Assembly (NCBI GenBank): GCA_047634795.1
Contig: JBLIIB010000051.1
Span: 1-16,566, forward strand
Length of the DNA: 16,566 bases
Origin: Candidatus Azotimanducaceae bacterium
GTDB lineage: Bacteria; Pseudomonadota; Gammaproteobacteria; Pseudomonadales; Azotimanducaceae
Direction: 5' to 3'
The notes beneath the pieces are model-generated. The model made no database searches. It worked only from the letters and a program-made list of their open reading frames with translations, and was not told the DNA's origin. Each line of letters opens with the position of its first letter. Position 1 is the first letter of the stretch. Positions 1 through 6,860 of this stretch are shown in pieces. Both the position numbers and the translations under genes were made by a program.

Positions 1-126
1 CAAACTCTGGTGCTGGAATATGCGCAAAAGATGCTCTCATGGAGGATGAACCATGACGAGCAGACCCTCACCCATCTTGCGCTCACCGATGAGGGCGTGA
101 TTTCAAGGCCGGCGCCGCGCTACTGA
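1..126 (+). CDS. 3' end of an unidentified CDS entering from upstream of the window (partial)
   Basis: Frame 1 is open for 41 codons from the window edge to TGA at 124-126 (…EYAQKMLSWRMNHDEQTLTHLALTDEGVISRPAPRY*). The other two + frames hit stops within about 20 codons. No family recognised. It is convergent with the flotillin gene that ends at 149. Confidence 0.25.
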   Translation, partial: QTLVLEYAQKMLSWRMNHDEQTLTHLALTDEGVISRPAPRY

Positions 127-148
127 GCAACGTCAGCCAACCGAGACG

Positions 149-1594
149 TTAGTCTCGTTTGATGGAATAGTCTGTGGTCTCGTCTGAACCTGAATCGGTG
201 TCTAAATTAGAGTCTGAATCAGAGTCTGAATCGCGTTTGGATTCATCCTGCCGCGATTTCCCCTTGTTCATGACTTCACCCAAATAGTCAGGCAGATCGA
301 TACCGCTCATCTGCGCAAGTTCATGTAGTGGCGGCAAAGCCTGCGTCAAACCACCCAGAAACCCACCGACCGCATTACCCTGGCCGCCGTCGTAAACCAC
401 AACCTTCTCAAAATCGATATTGCTGATAGCCTGAGCCTGAGCACTGACGATCGCCTCTATTTTGTCAACAACCATAAGTCTTGCTGCCGCATCCGGGTCA
501 CCACCTGCAGACGCCACGACGGCCTGAAAACCTTCCGCCATTTTTATCAGTATTTCTTTACGGCCTTCCGCTTCGCCGCGGAGCTTCGCTCGAAGCGCTT
601 CACCCTGCGCTTCACCGGCAAGCACTTCCTTGGCTTTTTCGCCCTGAGCTTCGGTCGTGACACGATCTTTTTCGATCTCGGCAGGCACCACAATATTGGC
701 AAACTGAGTGGCTCGATCGCGATCTGCTCTTGCTTGTTCCGCTGCCATTTGTGCTTCGTAGCCTTCCTTTTCCGCTGCTGCACCTTTGACAAATTCTGAC
801 GCATCAACTAATCGTGTCGCCTCTGCGCGAGCGACCCGCAATTTAGCTTCTGAATCTGCCTCGATCTCTTTCGCTCTGTTTTCTCCTGTGACTGCACGTG
901 CATTAGCATCCGCAACCTGCACTCGTTCATCCTGAAGCGCGTTAGCGGTACCAACTGCACCATCACGATCCTGTTGGGCCACTTCAGTTAGGGCCTTATT
1001 CACCGCCTCGGCTGCAGCTCTCCGACCGAGCGCTTCAATGTAGCCTGACTCGTCTTGAATATCTGAAATGTTGACGTTGATGAGCCGCAGACCAATTTTC
1101 ATCAATTCAGATTCAATATTTTCCAGCACGCGCGACTCGAACTTCTCACGATCCCCATTGATTTCTTCAATATCCATCGTGGCAATGGTCGCCCGCAACT
1201 GGCCAAAGATAATGTCTTTTGCAGTCTCTTCGATTTCATCCGATGTCAACGACAATAGCCGTTCAGCCGCGTTGTTCATGAGTTCAGGGATGGTACCAAT
1301 GCCAAATGTGAATCTCGATGGGACATTCACCCGAATGTTTTGCTTGGACAGTGCGCCTTCAAACTTGATGTCTACCGTCATCCGCGTCAGGTCAAGCAAG
1401 CGACAGCCTTGAATCACTGGCCAGATAAACGTGGTCCCACCGTGAATGGTTTGTGCCGACTTACCACCGCCAATCTGCCCGTACTTAACGAGTACCTGAT
1501 CCGAAGGGAAGGTTTTTATTCGCCTTATCACCGCCACAACCGTGCCGACAATAATCAGAGCAAAGATAATGACAACTGTTAGTGAAAAAGACAT
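149..1594 (-). CDS. Flotillin-like SPFH/band-7 domain membrane protein (YqiK/FloT-like), 481 aa
   Basis: N-terminal hydrophobic anchor (MSFSLTVVIIFALIIVGTVVAVI), followed by an SPFH-like core and a long Ala/Glu-rich coiled-coil region typical of flotillins. ATG at 1594 is preceded by AGGAGG with a 7-nt spacer. The gene sits immediately downstream of an NfeD-like gene, matching the conserved nfeD-flotillin operon order. The C-terminus is an acidic Ser/Asp-repeat tail. Confidence 0.9.
   Translation of the reverse strand: MSFSLTVVIIFALIIVGTVVAVIRRIKTFPSDQVLVKYGQIGGGKSAQTIHGGTTFIWPVIQGCRLLDLTRMTVDIKFEGALSKQNIRVNVPSRFTFGIGTIPELMNNAAERLLSLTSDEIEETAKDIIFGQLRATIATMDIEEINGDREKFESRVLENIESELMKIGLRLINVNISDIQDESGYIEALGRRAAAEAVNKALTEVAQQDRDGAVGTANALQDERVQVADANARAVTGENRAKEIEADSEAKLRVARAEATRLVDASEFVKGAAAEKEGYEAQMAAEQARADRDRATQFANIVVPAEIEKDRVTTEAQGEKAKEVLAGEAQGEALRAKLRGEAEGRKEILIKMAEGFQAVVASAGGDPDAAARLMVVDKIEAIVSAQAQAISNIDFEKVVVYDGGQGNAVGGFLGGLTQALPPLHELAQMSGIDLPDYLGEVMNKGKSRQDESKRDSDSDSDSNLDTDSGSDETTDYSIKRD
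209..232. repeat. Perfect 12-nt tandem duplication (agagtctgaatc x2) inside the flotillin 3' end, encoding the (SD)n tail
   Basis: agagtctgaatc at 209-220 and again at 221-232. Degenerate copies (tctgaacc, tgaatcgg) lie at 183-200. Together they encode …DSDSDSDSNLDTDSGSDE… on the minus strand. Confidence 0.6.
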
Positions 1595-1601
1595 GTGCGT
1601 G

Positions 1602-1607
1602 CCTCCT
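1602..1607 (-). promoter_or_regulatory. Shine-Dalgarno AGGAGG for the flotillin gene
   Basis: Plus-strand CCTCCT at 1602-1607 reads AGGAGG on the minus strand, 7 nt upstream of ATG (1594-1592). Confidence 0.6.
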
Positions 1608-1676
1608 TTGGATGTCAGTGGTTCTAGTTATTGAATGGTGCTGGCTAGTGAATATTTCTGGCTGATACGTGATTTG

Positions 1677-2258
1677 TTATGACTTATAATCTCTTTCGGA
1701 GACAACCAACTGGCTACCCAACACATCGAGCACGGTCACCGGCGTGTTTCTGGCGAGAACGGGGCCATCGGTAACGGCATGAAGCTCTTTTAATCGCCCC
1801 TGAATACTTACCGTGACTTTACCCACTCCGCTGCGGCGCTCCGGAATTTTGAGCGACACTCTGCCTTCTTCATCAATGGCATTGTCGAGATCGAGACTAC
1901 CGTCATTCTTGATTTTGGACAGCCCCCACATAAGTGCCAGGCTGACGCCAACAAACACAATACTGACGACGGATCCTACGAATGCAGCCGCAACGGGATG
2001 TGTGAGCCCCTATTCGCAGACCATAAGCCCACCCCAGGAAAAACCCATGAGAAATGTAATACCGTTGCGTAATGTAAAGACATCGCCAACATCGAGTGAA
2101 GAGCCGTCTGACTCAGTATCAAACTCGGCATCGTCGGAAAAACCAGTCATCGATAATACGAACTGAATCAGAAAAATGACGGTAGAAAACACCGCGATCA
2201 GGAATAACGATTGTTCAACGGAAGACAACGTTTCAAACCATTCGTTCATCACAGACAC
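1677..2258 (-). pseudogene. NfeD/YqiJ-like inner-membrane protein gene interrupted by a single in-frame amber (TAG) codon
   Basis: The six-frame ORFs 2010..2258 and 1677..1958 are in the same frame (2258 and 1958 both give remainder 2 on division by 3). The only interruption is TAG at 2012-2010 (plus-strand cta). Read-through gives …GFSWGGLMVCE*GLTHPVAAAFVGSVVSIVFVGVSLALMWGLSKIK…, a continuous membrane-helix stretch. It is followed by a C-terminal beta-rich segment (KVTVSIQGRLKELHAVTDGPVLARNTPVTVLDV) typical of the NfeD OB-fold. Total length is about 193 aa, matching YqiJ-type proteins. The possible starts are GTG at 2258 or ATG at 2249, with a GAGGGAG SD just upstream. The downstream fragment begins at a GTG with no SD. 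Confidence 0.6.
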
Positions 2259-2454
2259 TCCCTCGTCTCATCATCATTCCTCTCGTCTCTTAATCGTCAC
2301 TTTTGCACCTTCGGACCACTGGCCCAAAAAGCTCACTCTCGTTAGCCCTGCCGAGCGCGGTGTAACGCGCGACTACAACTGTTCTGCCAGTTATCGTAGG
2401 CTACAGATGCCATCCATTAAGGTTCTCTCGTGTCGAACATTGTCCTATCAGGCG

Positions 2455-2465
2455 GCGCGCGCGCG
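2455..2465. repeat. Alternating (GC)n tract gcgcgcgcgcg in a long divergent intergenic region
   Basis: 11-nt strictly alternating purine-pyrimidine GC run at 2455-2465 (context ggcggcgcgcgcgcgaatagcg). It is self-complementary and Z-DNA-prone. It lies about 200 bp upstream of the nfeD-like start and about 280 bp upstream of the oxidoreductase start. Confidence 0.5.
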
Positions 2466-2740
2466 AATAGCGAAAAAACAATATGACATTGACCACACTT
2501 TTAGCGTTTGACCTGCTCAACGAACCAATACCACCAATGAGGATCTTTTTATTGTCGAGAGGGGCCATCTCCTTTTTGATGGCGAAGGAATGGAAACACC
2601 CGACGGCAGACACCCTAGCGCGTGCGTCATCAACGTCCCTATAGACAAATTTCGGCCTAGAAAACCCTGTTGCCCCAACGTAATCCGCCACAAATGAAGC
2701 AGACTGGACCCGCAATGAAACTCATGACAAGAAAGACACA

Positions 2741-3802
2741 ATGAAGACAAAATTTGCCGTAGTAGGCACAGGCATGATGGGTTGCGAACACATTCGTAAT
2801 CTTGCTCACTTGCACGATGCCGAATTGATCGCCGTGTCTGACCCGGAAGAAAGATCGCTTAAATGGGCAAAGTCAGCCTGCGGTGATCGCTTTACGCCGA
2901 GCTACCATAAGGACTATCGAGATTTACTCGATATGGATCTGGATGCTGTCGTGATCGCCTCCCCGAATTTCACACACATTGATTTGGTGAGAGATTTTGC
3001 GGAAACCCCGTTTCACCTGCTACTTGAAAAGCCCATGTGTACGACGCTCAAGGATTGTAGAGAAGTCATTGCACTTGACGAAGCTCGCGAAGCGATGATT
3101 TGGGTTGCCATGGAATACCGGTACATGTCGGCAACCTCGGCCTTCGCGAAGGAGCTCGATAATGTGGGCGATTTGTCTATGCTCTTTATTCGAGAACACC
3201 GAGGCCCGTTTCTCAAGAAGGTGGGCGACTGGAATCGCTTCAACAAAAATTCTGGCGGCACATTAGTAGAAAAATGTTGTCACTTCTTCGATCTGATGAA
3301 TTTACTCATCCAATCCAGACCCATTGCCACAAGTGCGTCCGGCGCAATGAGCGTTAACCATATCGACGAGCGTTATCACGGTGAAAAGCCCGACATACTT
3401 GATAATGCTTATGTGATCATTGATTACGAAAACGGAGTACGTGCTTGCCTAGATCTGTGTATGTTTGCCGAAGGCGGTTTAAACGAACAAGAAATCGTCG
3501 CGACCGGGTCGGTTGGAAAGCTCGAGATCCACATTCCAGAAAACCGTTTGAATCGACTACCGCGCAAAACGGCAGGCTCAGACACAGAAAAGTCGATCAT
3601 CATCCCGGATGATCCCGACATCAAATTTATGGGCCTGCATCACGGGGCGAGTTTTTTGGAACAGCGCGATTTCATTGCGGCTATTGCCAACAACCAAACG
3701 CCCGCCGTCAACACCAGCGATGGATACTGGGCGGTCGCGGTGGGTGTAGCCGCCCAGGCATCAATGGCGACAGGGCAACGGGTTGAGGTTGAGCCGCTAT
3801 AG
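2741..3802 (+). CDS. Gfo/Idh/MocA-family NAD(P)-dependent oxidoreductase, 353 aa
   Basis: N-terminal Rossmann motif (KFAVVGTGMMGCEHIRNL). Conserved EKP motif (LLLEKPMCTT). The C-terminal alpha/beta domain matches the Gfo/Idh/MocA architecture. ATG at 2741. Confidence 0.88.
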   Translation: MKTKFAVVGTGMMGCEHIRNLAHLHDAELIAVSDPEERSLKWAKSACGDRFTPSYHKDYRDLLDMDLDAVVIASPNFTHIDLVRDFAETPFHLLLEKPMCTTLKDCREVIALDEAREAMIWVAMEYRYMSATSAFAKELDNVGDLSMLFIREHRGPFLKKVGDWNRFNKNSGGTLVEKCCHFFDLMNLLIQSRPIATSASGAMSVNHIDERYHGEKPDILDNAYVIIDYENGVRACLDLCMFAEGGLNEQEIVATGSVGKLEIHIPENRLNRLPRKTAGSDTEKSIIIPDDPDIKFMGLHHGASFLEQRDFIAAIANNQTPAVNTSDGYWAVAVGVAAQASMATGQRVEVEPL

Positions 3803-3945
3803 ACCGGATTTAAGAGCCCTGTGGTGAAAGCCTGGATGTAAGAACCAGGACGCGAGAACCAGAACGCGTGAAGCCGGGTCCGAGAATCGACATGCACGCG
3901 TCCGGACAGTGCCATCCACCGTTAACAAACGACTCACCAAAACAC

Positions 3946-4794
3946 CTAGTCGTCGTTGGCGGCCTCGACGAATTCCCGGCAAAGCTCACCCACACGCAGT
4001 TCACCTTCACGCGTCTGAAGTCCGCTGTCCATGGCAGCTTTCATATTCCGCTGAGCACCCTTCGTTCTGAGTGTTTGCTGAAATAGATGAGCCTCTTCCA
4101 GCAATCCTTCTTCCAAAGGTAATTCAGCATTATTGATAGACGCCTTGCACAACGCCACGGCTTCTGACGGCCACGCCGCAATTCTTCGGGAAAGATCACC
4201 AACGAACCGATCCAGATCTCGATTGGAGTCAAATATTCGGTTCAGGTAACCCCACCGCTCTGCCGTTTCTGCATCAATATCGTCACTGCCGAGACAGATC
4301 TCCATCGCGCGACCACGCCCAACGAGTCGGGGCAATCGCTGAGTACCGGTTCCACCTGGCAGTATGCCCAACGCGACTTCCATTTGATTGATCACCGTCT
4401 TGCCTCTTAGCCCGAATCGCATATCACAGGAAGCTGCAAATTCATTGCCTCCGCCACCGGCTCGCCCCGCCATCTTCACGATTGTCGCTTTAGGCATTGT
4501 TCGAACCCGCTCACACATCTTGTGGAAATCAGAGAGTTCCAAAGCCTTCTCAGGTGGTGCATCAATGGGGAAATTAAGAATGGTTTCGACATCAAAGTGC
4601 GCGATAAAGAAGTCGGGATCTGCACTATCAAAGACCACGACACTAACCGTTTCATCAACTTCAACCTCGCTCGTCAACTCAACCAAATCACGAAACAATC
4701 CCATCGTCATCAAGTTGACGGGCGGATTGTTGATGGTGACCGTCAGAACACCACGATCAAACTTAACGACCAACGTTTCAAAATTGTATGCCAC
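3946..4794 (-). CDS. Enoyl-CoA hydratase/isomerase (crotonase superfamily) protein, 282 aa
   Basis: Crotonase-fold signatures: VVFDSADPDFFIAHFDV, and a Gly-rich oxyanion region (MAGRAGGGGNEFAASCDMRF…ALGILPGGTGTQRLPRLVG). Convergent with the oxidoreductase. Confidence 0.88.
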   Translation of the reverse strand: MAYNFETLVVKFDRGVLTVTINNPPVNLMTMGLFRDLVELTSEVEVDETVSVVVFDSADPDFFIAHFDVETILNFPIDAPPEKALELSDFHKMCERVRTMPKATIVKMAGRAGGGGNEFAASCDMRFGLRGKTVINQMEVALGILPGGTGTQRLPRLVGRGRAMEICLGSDDIDAETAERWGYLNRIFDSNRDLDRFVGDLSRRIAAWPSEAVALCKASINNAELPLEEGLLEEAHLFQQTLRTKGAQRNMKAAMDSGLQTREGELRVGELCREFVEAANDD

Positions 4795-4834
4795 CTGCTT
4801 CTCCCTGAATGCCTAAAGAACTAAAAGGTACTAG

Positions 4835-6124
4835 ATGAGCGCCACAATCTCACCTATCATCTTGACTCCCCTGCAAGAAACGCCTGATGTGAACGCAACG
4901 AAATCATTCGCGCCAATACTACTGCTCGTCATCTCAGTGCTTTGTTCGCCCGCTAATGCCGCAGAACACCTTAGAATACTGCTGACCAATGATGACGGCT
5001 ACGAATCGGCTGGCATCCGCGCCCTGCATCGCGCGCTCAAAAACGCCGGCCACGATGTCTACCTGATAGCCCCCGCTAAACAACAGAGCGGAGCATCCGC
5101 TTCGGTTACAGCAAGCGGTGTTCGGGTCACATCCTATCCTGGTCAAGTCTGGGCAGTCCACGGAAAGCCAGCCGACGCAGTAAGAGTTGGGCTCGGCAAC
5201 ATCATGTACAACCAGCCACCTCACCTCGTAGTTTCCGGCGCAAACTTCGGCCAGAACACCGGGCGAGATGTCAACGTCTCCGGCACTGTTGGCGCAGCCG
5301 TTACGGCATTTCATCTCGGCACGCCCGCCATCGCAATATCGGTTGAGCTAAAGTTTGAGGAGGCTGCACGAGGATTTCCGAGCACCGCAGGCGCATTTAC
5401 CGGCGCAGCCAAAGCACTGGTTCGATTGATCCGGAACCTGGATCTCGAGGATATGACCGCAGTGCTCAACATGAATTATCCAGCACGGCTTCCGCTGGAT
5501 GTCAGGGGCGTGCGCTGGACGGATTTATCCGATCATTCGGTTTTCTCTAATCGTTACAATCAGCAAGCTGACGGCCTGTTCCGACCTGATTTTCAGGCGC
5601 CCCATCCCCGCGCCCGAGCCCATGACGCTGAATTACTGATCGACGGATTCGTCACACTGACTTTCCTCGATGGCAATATGGAAACGCCCACGAGACGTGG
5701 ACAGAAATACCTGGATCGCAATCTCCTCCATAGCGGTGACCCAACCCAAGCGCTCGCTCCTATCTCGACGTCCAGGCCAGAAAAGCGACCAGAGCAGGCA
5801 GCCAAGGTCGTAAAAAAGGAAGAAATAAAGACAAAGCAGGATAAAAGGGAAAAAAGAGAAGCGATTGTCATAAATGAACAAAGCCGTCCCCCGGAAGAAC
5901 TTCGATCGCCCACCAAACTAAGTGAGCGCAAGCCTGCAACATCCCCTATCCAACTGCCTAAGACCAAGCAGCCGAGCGAAGACGCGATCCTACCTGCAGC
6001 AGCGGAGTCGGAAGTATCAAAACCACCGCAGGAAAAACCATCTCCCGTTACAGGCAATTCAGAGCGAGGTAAACCTGATTCATGGTTGCGGCGCATGTTC
6101 AAACCCGAAAGTTGGCAACGTTAA
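4835..6124 (+). CDS. SurE-family 5'/3'-nucleotidase homolog with an N-terminal signal peptide and a ~135-aa charged low-complexity C-terminal extension, 429 aa
   Basis: SurE signature RILLTNDDGYESAGIRAL, and later SGANFGQNTGRDVNVSGTVGAA (SurE: [22 protein letters not shown]). It is preceded by a Sec-type signal peptide (KSFAPILLLVISVLCSPANA|AE). ATG at 4835 has an AAAAGG SD. In-frame alternative starts are TTG at 4862 and GTG at 4889. The C-terminal tail beyond about nt 5714 is Lys/Glu/Pro/Ser-rich and purine-rich at the DNA level. Confidence 0.8.
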   Translation: MSATISPIILTPLQETPDVNATKSFAPILLLVISVLCSPANAAEHLRILLTNDDGYESAGIRALHRALKNAGHDVYLIAPAKQQSGASASVTASGVRVTSYPGQVWAVHGKPADAVRVGLGNIMYNQPPHLVVSGANFGQNTGRDVNVSGTVGAAVTAFHLGTPAIAISVELKFEEAARGFPSTAGAFTGAAKALVRLIRNLDLEDMTAVLNMNYPARLPLDVRGVRWTDLSDHSVFSNRYNQQADGLFRPDFQAPHPRARAHDAELLIDGFVTLTFLDGNMETPTRRGQKYLDRNLLHSGDPTQALAPISTSRPEKRPEQAAKVVKKEEIKTKQDKREKREAIVINEQSRPPEELRSPTKLSERKPATSPIQLPKTKQPSEDAILPAAAESEVSKPPQEKPSPVTGNSERGKPDSWLRRMFKPESWQR

Positions 6125-6184
6125 CCGCGAATCTTGACGACAGAACATTTAAACTATCGCGAAAGAATTTCTGGACGATCCTTA

Positions 6185-6712
6185 ATGAATATTGACGCTA
6201 TACCCGCGGGTAACAATCCGCCTCACGACATCAACGTGGTCATTGAAATACCCGTTGGCGGAGAACCGATTAAATACGAAGTCGACAAAGCCTCTGGCGC
6301 ACTATTTGTTGACCGTTTCCTCCATACGCCTATGCGCTACCCCGGCAACTATGGTTTTGTACCCCATACCCTGTCTGGGGACGGTGATCCTGTTGATGTT
6401 CTGGTCGCTAACACTCGACCGTTGTTGCCTGGCTCGGTCGTAAACTGTAAACCCATCGGCGTTTTGTTCATGAAAGATGAAGCCGGTATGGACGAAAAAA
6501 TCATTGCTATTCCGAGTCCTAAATTGACCCGGCGCTATGAAAACATCACGAACTATGACGAGTTACCTGCTATCTCATTGGATCAGATCCATCATTTCTT
6601 CATGCACTACAAAGATCTCGAAGAGGGCAAATGGGTGGAGTTTGATCGTTGGGGAAATGCAGAGGACGCCAGAAACAGCATTGTCGAGTCCATGAGCAGG
6701 TCAACAGACTAG
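6185..6712 (+). CDS. ppa: Inorganic pyrophosphatase, 176 aa from the ATG start
   Basis: Strong identity to family I PPase throughout ([31 protein letters not shown]…[10 protein letters not shown]…[17 protein letters not shown]). The six-frame ORF starts at TTG 6134. The ATG at 6185 ([13 protein letters not shown]) aligns with the canonical PPase N-terminus. Confidence 0.92.
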   Translation: MNIDAIPAGNNPPHDINVVIEIPVGGEPIKYEVDKASGALFVDRFLHTPMRYPGNYGFVPHTLSGDGDPVDVLVANTRPLLPGSVVNCKPIGVLFMKDEAGMDEKIIAIPSPKLTRRYENITNYDELPAISLDQIHHFFMHYKDLEEGKWVEFDRWGNAEDARNSIVESMSRSTD

Positions 6713-6727
6713 CCCGCTACAGTGTTT

Positions 6728-6746
6728 GCGCCCGCTGAGCGGGTGC
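6728..6746 (+). terminator. Possible weak intrinsic terminator or stem-loop downstream of ppa
   Basis: gcgcccgc-tga-gcgggtgc: 8-bp stem with one mismatch and a 3-nt loop, 16 nt after the ppa stop. No U-tract follows, so it is at best a weak or Rho-assisted terminator. Confidence 0.3.
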
Positions 6747-6860
6747 AGACTCAACTTATCGACATACTTTCACCATAGTTAGGGATGAGGTACTGCGAAC
6801 ACTTCGATTCGCCGTTCAATCCTGTATGTCAATCTAAAGGGAATTTCGTACACTGTTCAC

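Noticed and set aside
126-160. Possible bidirectional terminator between the left-edge partial ORF and the flotillin stop (aacgtc…gacgtt and gagac-gtta-gtctc)
   Set aside because: The stems are only 5-6 bp with no U-tract, and one overlaps the flotillin stop codon. This is too weak to call.
1068-1582. Plus-strand ORFs (114 aa and 80 aa) antisense to the flotillin gene
   Set aside because: They are embedded entirely inside a well-supported CDS on the opposite strand. No SD is present. Ser/Arg-rich composition is typical of out-of-frame antisense translation.
2176-2511. 111-aa plus-strand ORF overlapping the nfeD-like start and intergenic region
   Set aside because: It overlaps the 5' end of the nfeD-like gene in antisense. 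Low-complexity Ser/His-rich sequence and no RBS.
2401-2715. 104-aa minus-strand ORF in the long intergenic region, with an internal segment (MAPLDNKKILIGGIGSL) that looks vaguely protein-like
   Set aside because: It starts at TTG with no SD. The internal ATG has GGAG directly abutting it (zero spacer). The remaining composition is implausible and no family signature is recognisable.
4934-6102. Minus-strand ORFs (126, 169 and 82 aa) inside the SurE-like gene
   Set aside because: Antisense to a CDS with clear family motifs. Cys/Arg/Ser-rich spurious translations.
6192-6443. 83-aa alternative-frame ORF inside ppa
   Set aside because: ppa is unambiguous in the other frame, so this is a frame artefact.
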